NCBI GenBank assembly: GCA_964016885.1
Contig: OZ024753.1
Span: 8,928,001 to 8,992,000, forward strand
Source of the DNA: Eledone cirrhosa
Taxonomy: Eukaryota
Direction of reading: 5' to 3'
Length of the DNA: 64,000 nt
Position numbers and translations under genes: made by a program. Position 1 is the stretch's first letter, and every line of letters begins with the position of its first letter. Positions 39,815 to 53,748 of the stretch are shown one piece after another. The notes below the pieces were generated by a model, which was not told where the DNA came from, ran no database searches, and was given only the letters and a program-made list of their open reading frames with translations.

Positions 39815-41333
39815 CCGTTTAGCATTTACATTACTCTATAAATACTATTGTATTTTCACAGTAAAGGCTTTACCTCACATAATATCTCACATTACATTTA
39901 CATTACTCTATATATACTATTGTATTTTCACAGTAAAGGCTTTACCTCACATAATATCTCACATAACATTCACATTACTCTATATATACTATTGTATTTT
40001 CACAGTAAAGGCTTTACCTCACATAATATCTCACATAACATTTACACTACTCTATATATACTATTGTATTTTCACAGTAAAGGCTTTACCTCACATAATA
40101 TCTCGCATTACATTTACATTACTCTATATATACTATTGTATTTTCATGGTAAAGGCTTTACCTCACATAATATCTCACATTACATTTACATTACTCTATA
40201 TATACTATTGTATTTTCATGGTAAAGTCTTTATCTCACATAATATCTCACATAACATTTACATTACTCTATATATACTATTGTATTTTCACAGTAAAGGC
40301 TTTACCTCACATAATATCTCACATAACATTTACATTACTCTATATATACTATTGTATTTTCACAGTAAAGGCTTTACCTCACATAATATCTCACATAACA
40401 TTTACATTACTCTATATATACTATTGTATTTTCACAGTAAAGGCTTTACCTCACATAATATCTCACATTACATTTACATTACTCTATATATACTATTGTA
40501 TTTTCACAGTAAAGGCTTTACCTCACATAATATCTCACATAACATTTACATTACTCTATATATACTATTGTATTGTCAAGATAAAGACTTCACCTCATAA
40601 TATCTCACATAACATTTACATTGCTCTATATATACTATTGTATTTTAATGGTAAAGACTTTACCTTACATAATTATCTCACATAATATTTACATTACTCT
40701 GTATTTACTATTATATTTTAATGGTAAAGACTTTACCTTACATAATTATCTCACATAATATTTACATTTCTCTATATGTACTATTGTATTTTCATGGTAA
40801 AGACTTTACCTCACATAATATCTCACATAACATTTACATTACTCTATATATACTATTGTATTTTCATGGTAAAGACTTTACCTCACATAATATCTCACAT
40901 AACATTTACATTACTCTATATATACTATTGTATTTTCATGGTAAAGACTTTACCTCACATAATATCTCACATAATATTTACATTACTCTATATATACTAT
41001 TGTATTGTCAAGATAAAGACTTCACCTCATAATATCTCACATAACATTTACATTGCTCTGTATTTACTATTGTATTTTCATGGTAAAGACTTTACCTTAC
41101 ATAATTATCTCACATAATATTTACATTTCTCTATATGTACTATTGTATTTTCATGGTAAAGGCTTTATCTTACATAATATCTCACATAATACCAAATCTA
41201 TGAGATTTTGATACTGTTTATGTGGAGAACAATACCTTAACATTGGCATTATTGGCCAGTTACGACCAGATTGAACTGAAAGAGGTGAGAGAATTCTCGC
41301 CAGATACGGCCGGTTTAAATGCTACAGGGGTAA
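39811..41333 (+). mobile_element. piggyBac-type MITE expanded by ~19 copies of a 72-bp unit
   Basis: TTAA|CCGTTTAGCATTT...AAATGCTACAGGG|GTAA; array 39827-41190; unexpanded sibling at 46918-47147. Confidence 0.88.
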
Positions 41334-41390
41334 TCAACTTCTTCCCCGACCATAAAAAAAAAATGTTAGCCTTGTGCCTAAATCATAAAA

Positions 41391-41423
<33 letters not shown>

Positions 41424-41424
<1 letters not shown>

Positions 41425-41632
41425 GGGCGGTGGATTTGCAGCATCGGTAGAGGGTTGGACGCTATGCCTTGACGCATAGAGTTACGGCCCTTGCCATTCT
41501 GAGTTCAAATTTCGCCGAGGATAACTTTGCCTTTCATCCTTACACGGTCGATAAAATAAAGTACCAGTCACGCACTGGGGTCGATTTAATCGACTTTCCC
41601 CTCCCCCAAAATTGGAGGCCTTGTGCCTATAT
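41424..41632 (+). mobile_element. Meta-domain SINE, near full length
   Basis: GGCGGTGGATT..G head, CTGAGTTCAAAT B-box, Meta-like domain; flanked by (TTA)n. Confidence 0.82.
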
Positions 41633-42168
41633 AAAAAAAAAACATTATTATTATTATTATTATTATATTTTTTTTAATATTTTTTTTTTTTTTTTTTTCA
41701 CACAAAGAAGATGAAAAATGTCTGGCTCAACTTAATATATTCCCAAATGATTTAAATATGATTGCTTCATGCATGAATACAGATATTTATTGGGAATATT
41801 TATCAGGATTATAATTGAAACTTATACAAAACAGAGAAAATTACTTCATTTCTCTGAAAGACATGTGAAAAATTATGAAATGAATTTCAATAATATATTT
41901 CCAATAATCTTTGCCACACACATATAAGCACAGATACATACATACATATATAATTATATATATATATGTGTGTGTGTATGCGTGTGTGTGTGTGTGTGCA
42001 TGTGTGTGTGTGTATATATGTATGTTTATATATGTGTGTGTATATATATATGTATATATGCATATTTATGTCTCCGATTCTATCACTCGCTTTCCATATA
42101 TATATATATATGTATATATATATATGTATATATGTATGTATATATGTATATGTATATATGTGTATATG

Positions 42169-42233
<65 letters not shown>

Positions 42234-42242
42234 GTATATATG

Positions 42243-42277
<35 letters not shown>

Positions 42278-42408
42278 GTATATGTATATATGTATATGTA
42301 TATATACGTATACATATATATATATATGTATATATGTATATGTATATATACGTATACATATATATATATATGTATATATGTATATGTATATATACGTATA
42401 CATATATG

Positions 42409-42439
<31 letters not shown>

Positions 42440-42676
42440 GTATATATATATATATATAGCTACATACTTACATACATACATGTACGTGTGTCAATCTTAT
42501 ATACTTGTATATAAATCAGACTAGTAGATAAGTTACCCCCCTCCCCCGCCTCCATTTTAAATACAGTATTTAGTATTTACAATGTACCATATACTCTGAA
42601 TTGAGGTTTTATTGGTACAGTAGATAAGTAGAATTTTGGTTTCTCATACCATACCATTTTGGAGACAGTTGTAACT

Positions 42677-43170
42677 TAAACACAAATAAATATGCTATGT
42701 TGATTCAATACGTGTGTCTTATACACAAATAAATATACTATATTGATTCAACATGTTTTATCTTATACACAAATAAATATGCTATATTGATTCAATACTT
42801 CTAGCTTATACACAAATAAATATGTTATATTGATTCAATACTTGTAACTTATACACAAATAAATATGTTATATTGATTTGATATGTGTAACTTATACACA
42901 AATATATGTTATATTGATTAAACACGTGTGTCTTATATGCTATATTGGTTCAATGTTTGTAAATTTTGGTCAAATTTTTTACTCTAATTCGACATTACTG
43001 AGTGAGACGGAGAGATTTGTCAAGTCTGGTTTATGATTGCGAGATGAAGTAATTTGTGAAATCTGGTTTATGACCGTGATGGAGTAATTTGTGAAATCTG
43101 GTTTATGACCGTGATGGAGTAATTTGTGAAATCTGGTTTATGACTGTCACATCGAGTGACTTGTCAAGCC
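42677..43170. repeat. 43-bp (~6 copies) and 35-bp (~4 copies) minisatellites
   Basis: ATACACAAATAAATATG at 42721, 42765, 42808, 42851, 42894; GGAGTAATTTGTGAAATCTGGTTTATGACCGTGAT at 43081 and 43116. Confidence 0.85.
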
Positions 43171-43724
43171 TGATGAGGTAGTTAATGACTGAAATAAGAT
43201 CTTCTCAGTGGAGATATTTGTAAAAGCTGTGAGTCATTAAAATCTTAATGTGATAGTCTATGTCTTCCAACTTCTTTTTGTCACTAGAGTCTGTCATCGG
43301 CCCCAAGCCTAATATTATTTGCCTATAAATTTGCTGACCTCTTTTGTGAGGTATGCTTTCACTAGTATTTTTTTCAGCAAGCTGATGCACCTGTGTATAT
43401 ATGTGTGTGTGTGTATGTGCATATGCATACAGTTATATGTAAGTGTATATAAATATAAATGTGCAACACACAGACACACAAAAATACACTCACAGACATA
43501 CATTCACACACATACACATACATTTACACACATACACATACATTCACACACATACACATACATTCACACACATACACACACATACACATACATTTACACA
43601 CATACACATACATTCACACACATTCACACACATACACATACATTTACACACATACATATACATTCACACAAATACACATACATTCACACAAACACACACA
43701 TTCACACAAACACATGCATGTGTT

Positions 43725-44230
43725 GGTAGTGGTACCACTACCAACATAATGGATGAGGTCAGCTGTACTTAACAAAAACAACCACAACAGATTGTCTTGC
43801 CTCAGAAAAATTTCTATAGACTTTTGACTGAGGAATGTTCTCACAACTGACCAATGGGAGGAGAGAGTGTCCTATGACGCCAAAATTCGTTTGTTCGAAT
43901 TCATATGATTCCAGTTCCTCAGAGAAATAACAACCCAACCAGGAGCTGGACATATCGGAGTATTGACGGAGTAAAACACTTCAACAACATGTGTACCTGT
44001 CTCTACCACACCAATTCGGACTGCCTGAAGAGGTCACAGCCAATGATGGCTGTCACGGAAATATATATAGCAGTACATCTTTAATAAATGAAGCCAAATT
44101 TTAAATAATTGACTTAAATATTTTATTTTACATTACTCCGGAGTAACCAAACCGACCTGCGTACTTTGTCGAGTGCTCCAATCTGCATACTGAGGTGTCG
44201 GTAAACAACCAACATATACTCAAAATTTAT
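43725..44230 (+). mobile_element. PLE-like pLTR between microsatellites
   Basis: Hammerhead at 44020-44074, downstream TTTAATAAA and GAGTGCT tail motif, ends in (TA)n. Confidence 0.65.
44020..44074 (+). ncRNA. Type I minimal hammerhead ribozyme
   Basis: ACTGC-CTGAAGA-G GT.ACAGCCA atga TGGCTGT.AC G-GAAA-TATATA-TA^-GCAGT. Confidence 0.78.
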
Positions 44231-44485
44231 ATATGTATATATATATATATATATATATACATGTGTGTGTGTATGTATATGTGTATGTGTGTATGTATAT
44301 ATATGTATGTGTGTGTATATATATGTGTGTGTGTATATGTGTATGTATGTGTGTATATGTGTGTGTATATATGTGTGTGTGTATATATATATGTGTGTGT
44401 GTGTGCGTATATATATATGTGTATATATGTATATATATATGTTTATATATATATATGTGTATATATGTATATATATATATATGTT

Positions 44486-44519
<34 letters not shown>

Positions 44520-44527
44520 TGTTTGTG

Positions 44528-44623
<96 letters not shown>

Positions 44624-44782
44624 TGTGTATATATACCATCACCATCATATAATATATAAATTAATGTATATATGTATATATATATATATATATATATAAT
44701 CTATATATATATATAGAGAGAGAGAGAAAGAGAGAGAATGATGATGATAATGGTATGGATGGTGATAGTGATGATGATGGTA

Positions 44783-44838
<56 letters not shown>

Positions 44839-45199
44839 TTTTTTTTTTTTCGTTTAATATTTATATTGATGGCTGACTCTCTTTTACGGTCATGATAATC
44901 AGTTTATAGAATATTTCTTTACGTGAATGTTAAAATGTATTAAATAGGATATCAGTATGACAGTTTTCCAATTTTTTCCCTACAATAGTTGTTATCTAGA
45001 CATCTAAAGTCTTAAAAAAAAAAGACTACCACAGAAATAAAAATAAAATGTTTAAAAATAAAATAAAATAATATAATATAAAAAAACTATTCAACGTTTG
45101 CTCGACTACAAGACAACTCATGAAATAGTAGTCATGGTATGACTACTATTAGATATCATGCATGGTTCGTACAAACAAACCTTGTGTATCGTGAGGACA

Positions 45200-46626
45200 A
45201 ATTAGAGTGATAAATTCAGTGATCAGAAGAAGGGAGGTAGGTGTGAAAACCAAACTTGCTGTCTTCATTTCGGTTTTCGTGCCAACTCTTACCTATGGTC
45301 ATGAACCTTGGGTAATGACTAAAAGAATATGATCGCGAATATAAGCGGCCAAAATGGGATTCTTCCAAAGGGTCTTTGGTGTAACGACGTTACTTGATAA
45401 AGTGTGTAGTTTGGAGATAAGAGAGTCATCCCATTTAGAGCTGCTAGTTCTCTGAATTGATAGATCACAGCTCCGATATTACAGGCATGTGGTTAGAATG
45501 TCTCAGGAAAGAATCGCTGGACAGATTTGTAGCTCAGAGATCAGAGGGTCACTCTAGGTAGAGCCGAATTGAGAGATCACAGCTCTGATACTATGGACAT
45601 GTGGTTAGAATGTCTCAGGAAAGAGTTGCTGGACAGATTTGTAGCTCAGAGATCAGAGAGTCACTCCATGTAGAGCCGATTTGAGAGATCACAGCTCTGA
45701 TACAATGGGCATGTGGTTAGAATGTCTCAGGAAAGAATCGCTGGACAGATGTGTAGCTCAGAGATCAGAGAGTCACTCCATGTAGAGATGAATTGAGAGA
45801 TGACAGCTCTGATACAATGGGCATGTGGTTAGAATGTCTCAGGAAAGAATTGCTGGACAGATTTGTAGCTCAGAGATCAGAGGGTCACTCTAGGTAGGGC
45901 CGAATTGAGAGATCACAGCTCTGATACTATGGACATGTGGTTAGAATGTCTCAGGAAAGAGTTGCTGGACAGATTTGTAGCTCAGAGATCAGAGAGTCAC
46001 TCCATGTAGAGCCGATTTGAGAGATCACAGCTCTGATACAATGGGCATGTGGTTAGAATGTCTCAGGAAAGAATCGCTGGACAGATGTGTAGCTCAGAGA
46101 TCAGAGAGTCACTCCATGTAGAGATGAATTGAGAGATGACAGCTCTGATACAATGGGCATGTGGTTAGAATGTCTCAGGAAAGAATTGCTGGACAGATTT
46201 GTAGCTCAGAGATCAGAGGGTCACTCTAGGTAGAGTCGAATTGAGAGATGACAGCTCTGATACAATGGGCATGTGGTTAGAATGTCTCAGGAAAGAGTTG
46301 CTGGACAGATTTGTAGCTCAGAGATCAGAGAGTCACTCCATATAGAGCCGATTGAGAGATGACAGCTCTGATACAATGGGCATGTGGTTAGAATGTCTCA
46401 GGAAAGATTCGCTGGACAGATTTTACACATGAAACCAACAGGTAGGAGACCCAGGGGAAGACCCCAAGCAAGATAGTTGGATAACATCCATGAGCTTGTC
46501 TGGTCTTGATTGGAGATCTAGCCGGATCAGTTGGAGACAGTTGCTTGTGACAGGACCCGCTGAGGGGAGTGTTTGAGGACTCTGCCCCCATGAACCTCTC
46601 AGGAATAAGTGGGCGAAAAAGAAGAA
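45200..46626 (+). mobile_element. RTE (Expander-like) LINE 3' fragment with internal 112-bp tandem array
   Basis: KTKLAVFISVFVPTLTYGHEPWVMTKR...IERSQL..YGHVVRMSQER...PTGRRPRGRP; CATGTGGTTAG recurs every 112 bp from 45486 to 46381. Confidence 0.9.
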
Positions 46627-46917
46627 TTACAGGGAGAAGCTAAAATATTATTTTATTCAGTATGAATGGTTCCTTCCTAGTAAAAAGGATATATTTAAAT
46701 GAAATTTGGACAGATTTTACAAGCAAAACCAACTGGCAGGAGACCCACAAATAGAGTAGTCCCCTAGTAAGATGGTTGGATAACATCCATGAGCTTTGGG
46801 TTCCAGCTAGATCAATTGGAGATGGTTGCTTCTGATAGGATCTACTGGAAGAAGGAGAAGAAGAAAATTCAGTCTGACTAAATTGAAGAAATGTTTGAAT
46901 GTTTGGAAAAAAATAAT

Positions 46918-47147
46918 TTAACCCTTTAGCATTTACATTTCTCTAATATAAACTAGTATATTTTTATGGTAAAGACTTTACCTCACATAATTATCTCACA
47001 TAATATCAAATCTGTGAGATTTTGATATTATTTATTTTGAGAACAATACCTTAACGTCAGTATGAATGGCTAGTTACAGCCAGTTTGAACAGAAAGAGGT
47101 GAGAGAATTTCAGCCGAATATGGCCGGTTTAAATGCTAAAGGATTAA
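46918..47147 (+). mobile_element. piggyBac-type MITE, unexpanded
   Basis: TTAA|CCCTTTAGCATTT...AAATGCTAAAGGA|TTAA. Confidence 0.88.
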
Positions 47148-47194
47148 GGTATGAAAATTGAAAGTGGTTTAAACTGAGGACGTTTAAGCATCCC

Positions 47195-47225
<31 letters not shown>

Positions 47226-47278
47226 ATTTAAAACTGCACTATTCACAAGTGTGTTTTAACCTTCATATCATGTCTCCC

Positions 47279-47349
47279 TATTTTATCTGACGAAAACGCA
47301 AATGTTATTGCATGATGATATTTGTTTTTGAAATGCGCATAATAAAATA
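47279..47349 (+). ncRNA. Type I minimal hammerhead ribozyme in PLE pLTR (47222-47385)
   Basis: TATTTTAT-CTGACGA-stem II-GAAA-TGCGCA (palindromic stem III)-TA^-ATAAAATA. Confidence 0.85.
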
Positions 47350-47439
47350 CATGGAACTCTTTTAACCATCTTTTGATCTTATATATATATATATATATTA
47401 TATATATATGGATGCTTAAACGTTCTCTATATATATATA

Positions 47440-47772
47440 TATCATCATCATTTAACGCTAGCATGGATAAGATGGGAATTGTCCCACTTGAGGCAGGATT
47501 GATCGGGTGACTGTGTCTCGCTCGTATAGGACTGTTTCTGGCAGGTTTTCTATGGCTGGATGCCCTTCCTAACACCGACCACATTTACAGTGTTGTCTGA
47601 GAGCCTTTTTACCATGTCTCATACACGGCCACTTTACAGCATGGACTGGGTGCTTTTTGTTGTGACACCTACACGACCACTTTACAGTGTGGACTGGATG
47701 TTCTGTGGTGACAACGTAACTTTAAAGAGAAAGGGTGGGGTGGTTGGAAGTGGGAGGGTAGAGTATGGGTAG
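47440..47772 (-). mobile_element. RTE LINE 3' UTR fragment
   Basis: Colinear with 2920-3260. Confidence 0.78.
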
Positions 47773-47962
47773 TGGGTTATATAAAAATAACAGATTAAAG
47801 TTCAAGCAAAGAATCACTGCTTTCGCCCTTAACGGGATCTTCTGAAACTAACATAGCATGTTATTTTAATAAATATTTGCTCTATGGTGTTTATATATTT
47901 GATATGTCCTTATCGAGCCCTCTTCTGATTTTAGTCTTCACATTTATTATTATTACTATATT

Positions 47963-47994
<32 letters not shown>

Positions 47995-47997
<3 letters not shown>

Positions 47998-48312
47998 TGT
48001 TACACTTTGGGAGGGTCATGTTGCCAATAAGAAACACACATACCAGTTGCTTTCACTTCAATTTATTATAAATGAAATTTATAAATTTAGGAATTTATAA
48101 ATTTCCGGTTGGTTGGTTGGTTCCACAACCAGATGATTGTTCATATATTGTCAAAGTTCTTTCGTCACACATTATGTGACCTCTTCAGTGACTGGGGATT
48201 CTTTTCTTTGTTTTTGTGCCTCTCCTTTGTTCTGTCCTACGCCATCTTGTTTTTGTGTGTGTTTCAACACACGTTTTCAGATAAAGAATTTTGCTAAACA
48301 AATTCAGAAACG

Positions 48313-48315
<3 letters not shown>
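47995..48315 (-). mobile_element. PLE-like pLTR with hammerhead
   Basis: Shares ends with 13751-13880 and is colinear with 58900-59182. Confidence 0.7.
48150..48192 (-). ncRNA. Type I minimal hammerhead ribozyme
   Basis: GTCA-CTGAAGA-G GTCACA taatg TGTGAC-GAAA-GAAC-TT^-TGAC. Confidence 0.75.
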
Positions 48316-48353
<38 letters not shown>

Positions 48354-48623
48354 CACAAAAACATTATATATATAAAGACACCTAGTACAATAAAAGAAAC
48401 ATATCTTTAATGACACAATCATGTATGTATATACTCACACAATCATGTGTGTATATACTCACACAAAATGGTAGAAACTCAAAATTACTATATTTAAACA
48501 AAAGACATACACACACATTATCATCATCATCATCATCATCATCACACGTCCATGATGATGATGATACAAGCTTAAACTCCCACCAAAATGTAGGGATACA
48601 CAGACATAATATATACACATACA

Positions 48624-48966
48624 TGGAGGCACATGGCTTAGTGGTTAGAGCATTGGCCTTGCAATCGAAAGGTCGTGAGTTCAATCCTCAGACCGGGTGA
48701 TGTGTTGTTTCCTTGAGCAAGACACTTTATTTCACATTGCTCCAGTTAACTCAGCTGTAGAAATGAGATGATAGGGACTGGAGGTCCCTATCATTCCACT
48801 GTAAAGTGGACGTGTAGGTGCCACGGCAAAAAAGCACCCAGCACTCACTGTAAATGAGGTTGGTGTTAGGAAGGGCATCCAGCTGTAGAAATCAAGCCAG
48901 AATCAGTTCCTGTCCCACCCTTGCAAGCAGGGAAAAAGTGGGCGTAAAATGAAATGATGATGATGA
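48624..48966 (+). mobile_element. Full-length tRNA-derived SINE
   Basis: Highly similar to 14248-14590. Confidence 0.92.
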
Positions 48967-49304
48967 CACAACCTTATACATACATATTTCTCAAGCATCA
49001 ATGTCTATTGTAGCTGGCATTATAAATTCTTAGCTTGTTGAATTTGAATCCTAGGAAAATTAAATAACACAAAAGAAGTATTAGGCTTCATCATCATCAT
49101 CATCATCATTGTTTAACGTTATCAAAGTATATTTTTTTCTTTATTTTCCATCTACGTGATAATTCAAACCAGTGTGAGTGAGTGTATATGTATGTATGTG
49201 TGCATGTGTGTGTATATATATATGTGTGTGTGTGTGTATGTACATATGTGTGTATGTACATATATATGTGTGTGTATGTACATGTGTGTGTGTGTATGTA
49301 TATA

Positions 49305-49337
<33 letters not shown>

Positions 49338-49404
49338 ATATATATATATATGTGTGTATGTACATATATATGTGTGTGTATGTACATGTGTGTGTATGTA
49401 TATA

Positions 49405-49435
<31 letters not shown>

Positions 49436-50270
49436 ATATATATATATGTGTGTATGTACATATATATGTGTGTGTATGTACATATGTGTGTGGGTATGTA
49501 TATATGTGTGTGTGTATGTATGTATGTATTTATATATGTGTATTTGTATGTTTGTATGTAAGTGTGTGTGTATGTATGTATATATATATATATCTGTATG
49601 TACATATATATGTGTGTGTATGTATATATGTGTGTATGTATATATGTGTGTGTGTGTATGTATGTATGTATGTATATATGTGTATTTGTATCTTCGTATG
49701 TAAGTGTGTGTGTATGTATATATATATGTGCGTGTGTATGTATGCATGTATATATATGTGTATTTGTATCTTTGTATGTATGTATGTATGTATGTATATA
49801 TGTGTATTTGTATCGTTGTATGTATGTGTGTGTGTATCTATATATATATATGTGTATTTGTATCTTTGTATGTGTGTGTGTGTGTATGTATGTATATATA
49901 TATGTGTGTGTATTTGTATCTTTGTGTGTATGTATGTATATATGTGTGTATTTGTATCTTTGTATGTATGCGTGTGTGTATGTATGTATATATATGTATG
50001 TATGTATGTATATGTGTGCATGTATGTGTATGCATGTATGTATATGTATATGTATGTATATATATATATATGTATGTATGTGTATGTATTTATGTATGTT
50101 TATATATGTATATATATGTATGTATGTATATGTGTGCATGTATGTGTATGCATGTATGTATATGTATATGTATGTATATATATATATATATGTATGTATG
50201 TGTATGTATTTATGTATGTTTATATATGTATATATATGTATGTATGTATGAGTGTGTATAAATATTTGTG

Positions 50271-50333
<63 letters not shown>

Positions 50334-50774
50334 ATATATGTATGTGTGTGTATAATATATATATAGATATAAAACACACACACACACACATGTGTGTGTA
50401 TAATGTTTAATATGTTTCACTTATCTATCTTTAGAAAGTTAATTCAGCCAAAAAAAAAAAGATAATAATAATAAAACACCTAAAACAAAAAACAAATGGC
50501 TTCTCCTTATAAATAAAAGATGCCTTCAATGGGACATCACTATCTACAGAGCTTCTTTTGATTACCTTATGCAAATTAATCTGAGAGATTGCCTGACTAG
50601 TTCTCTACAACCAGTCATTTTTTGGCAACTTTGGGTCAAAGATACAAAGGTGTGAGTTTAATAAATGTGAATATTTTTTTCATGAGATCTTTTGTTAAAG
50701 AATAAGAAAATATTAATTTAAGAAGACAATATACTATCTAATCTTAACACCAAAGCTGTGTGTATGTGTATATT

Positions 50775-50803
<29 letters not shown>

Positions 50804-50805
<2 letters not shown>

Positions 50806-51081
50806 AAATCAAAAGATGGTTAAAAGAGTTCCATGTATTTTATTATGCGCATTTCAAAAACAAATATCATCATGGGATGATATTTGTGTTCTCATCAGAT
50901 AAAATAGGGAGACATGATATGAAGCTTAAAAACATATGTTGGTTTAAAACTTCACTGCTCCCAAGTGTTTTTTAAGCTTCATATCATGTCTCCCTATTTT
51001 ATCTGATGAGAACGCAAATATCATCCCATGAAATGCGCATAATAAAATACATGGAACTCTTTTAACCACCTTTTGATTTTA
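50804..51081. mobile_element. Palindromic PLE pLTR with two opposed hammerheads
   Basis: Arms ~50804-50933 and ~50966-51081; same family as 47222-47385. Confidence 0.82.
50836..50906 (-). ncRNA. Type I minimal hammerhead ribozyme
   Basis: TATTTTAT-CTGATGA-GAACACAAATATCATC cca TGATGATATTTGTTTTT-GAAA-TGCGCA-TA^-ATAAAATA. The plus-strand twin at 50995-51049 lacks the 3' strand of stem II. Confidence 0.85.
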
Positions 51082-51170
51082 GATTATTTATACTCCAGTC
51101 CTATAAACTGTGGAGTGCTACTTATCTGATATTTGCATTGCTTTATTGTGCTACAATAAAACTCACCTCC

Positions 51171-51199
<29 letters not shown>

Positions 51200-51204
<5 letters not shown>

Positions 51205-51515
51205 AAAAGGTATGACCCCGACGGCAGAGCTCCAGCCATTTCGACGGCTATTTCTGGACTACCCACTCTACTACCCTAAGTATTGAGTACTCTGGTGCGT
51301 TATGGTCTATCTGGTTCCTTACCACAATTCCTTCATTGGTGGATTGGCAGTATCGGTAGAGGGTCGGGCGCCATGCATAGAGTTACGGCCCTTGCCATTC
51401 TGAGTTCAAATCCCGCCGAGGTTAACTTTGCTTTTCATCCTTACGGGGTCGATAAAATAAAGTACCAGTAATACACTGGGATAATTGCTGGCTTTGTGCC
51501 AAAAGTAGAAACAAT
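51200..51515 (+). mobile_element. Deleted fold-back pLTR remnant (51200-51335) followed by a Meta-domain SINE (51337-51515)
   Basis: Left arm and tail of the 3895 family joined at TCTGGACT; the SINE matches 41424. Confidence 0.75.
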
Positions 51516-52065
51516 TATATATATATATATATATGTATGTGTGTATGTATGTATGTATGTATATATGCATGTATGTATATGTGTGTGTATGTATATATGT
51601 ATGTATGTATGTGTGTATGTGTATGTATGTATATATGTATGTGTGTGTGTATGTATGTATGTATGTACGTTTGTGAGTGTATGTATGTATCAGTATGTAT
51701 TTATGTATGTGCGTATGTGTGTATGTATGTATTTATATATATGTATGTATGTGTGTGTGTATATGTTTGTATGTATGTGTGTATGTATATATATATATAT
51801 ATATGTTTGTATGTATGTGTGTATCTATATATATATATATATATGTGTGTGTGTCGGTGTGAGTGTTTGAGCTACATGCTGTTATTGATTGGAGTTTTAT
51901 ATCTGTTTGGTCTTATTTTGATGAAGTCATCTCCATATTTCATTCCATTGTTTGGATAAGGAAACTACCCAGACATCCTGGAAAATTTTCTGTCACAGTT
52001 ACAACAGATAAAGTACTTTTTTAAACTGAATAGTACTCTCATTTTCTTATATATATGTATATATA

Positions 52066-52401
52066 TGAGTTCAATTCTCAGACCGGGTGATGTGTTGTTT
52101 CCTTGAGCAAGACACTTTATTTCAGATTGCTCCAGTTTACTCAGTTGTAGAAATGAGATCATAGGGACTGGGGTCTCTATCATTCCACTGCAAAGTGGTC
52201 GTGGAGGTGCCACGGCAAAAAAGCACCCAGCACTCACTGTAAAGTGGACATGTAGGTGCCACGGAAAAAAGCACCCAGCACTCACTGTAAATGGGGTTGG
52301 TGTTAGGAAGGGCATCCAGCTGTAGAAATCAAGCCGGAATCAGTTCCCGTCCCTCCCTTGTAAGCAGGGAAAAGTGGACTTAAAATGATGATGATGATGA
52401 T
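52066..52401 (+). mobile_element. 5'-truncated tRNA-derived SINE with internal duplication
   Basis: Starts at the B-box; GGTGCCACGG.AAAAAAGCACCCAGCACTCACTGTAAA is present twice. Confidence 0.88.
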
Positions 52402-52797
52402 AAGAGCAAGAATGAAGTGTTCATTCTACTGACATGGCTATAAAATTGAGGCTTGTTTGCATAATTGCAAACGAATCGAATGTTATTATTAATATTCGAA
52501 AAACTCAGATTATATTTATATATATATATTGTATATATAACAAGATATTTATATATATATATATATTGTATATATAACAAGATATTTATATATATATATA
52601 TATTGTATATATAACAAGATATTTATCTGTTTTTTACATAACTAAAAAACTCTGTAGTCTACATAGAGCACTCTCATTTCCTTTAACTTTCCTACGGAAA
52701 CACTTTATATATATATATATATATAATATATGTATAGTATATATATATATATATCTATATATATATGTATAGTATATATGTATATATATTCATGTAT

Positions 52798-52828
<31 letters not shown>

Positions 52829-53419
52829 GCATGTATATATATGTGTGTGTGTGTGTGTATGAATATATATATAAAGTATAATATCTTAAAGCCTAGAGGT
52901 CCATTTTGCAATTTTCTTTAAATATCTCTGAAAGGTTACAATACAGCAAACTGAGGCTGCAGCCTGTAAAATGTTGAGTTTATTACTTTAAATGGACAAA
53001 TTTCATAAGTCATTCCTTAATATAAATATGAGAATCTTGCATCTTATTACACAGGAATCAGAATCTTTTTTTTTTAAATTTGGCTACAATTCTTTTTACT
53101 CACTTATTTTTTAAAAAATCAACTTTGATTAATAATATATATGGTGCAAAACTGTTCATCTACAAATTCAAGTGCTATCTATAAATTTGAATAATCCAAA
53201 AAATGCGAAGTTTTAAATATTGCTTATTAAATAATCATATATATCATTTGAATTTTAGAAATATCTTTTATAGCTTCTGATTTCTCCTAAAAAGAATTTC
53301 TGCAAGGAAGAGCAAAAGTTTAGAAGCCTCCTTTAAAATATTTATTACTTATGATTTTCTACATTAAAAAAAATTATCATATTATTACCGTTTATATTTG
53401 TTTATTTTCAGTTAAATAT

Positions 53420-53578
53420 TTATAACTATGTTTTAATAATGTCTTATTCAATTGGGATAATTTTTATAAATCATTTTAAAAACAATTTTAAAATGTCGAT
53501 GTATTCAGTTTATATTAGGGAATAAGGTGCATAAGATTTAATTTATATATGATTTTTCCACAACACTTGACTACATAG

Positions 53579-53614
<36 letters not shown>

Positions 53615-53716
53615 ATATTTATATATACATATATATACACACACACACACATACACATACATATATATATATATATATACACACACACATATATATATAC
53701 ACACACATACATACAC

Positions 53717-53748
<32 letters not shown>

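Noticed and set aside
39848-41117. 24-aa repeat ORFs with zinc-finger-like His spacing
   Set aside because: 72-bp satellite derived from a MITE interior; no CxxC motif and several frameshifts.
43170-43205. CTGATGA...GAAA hammerhead candidate
   Set aside because: No stem I pairing and only a 3-bp stem II.
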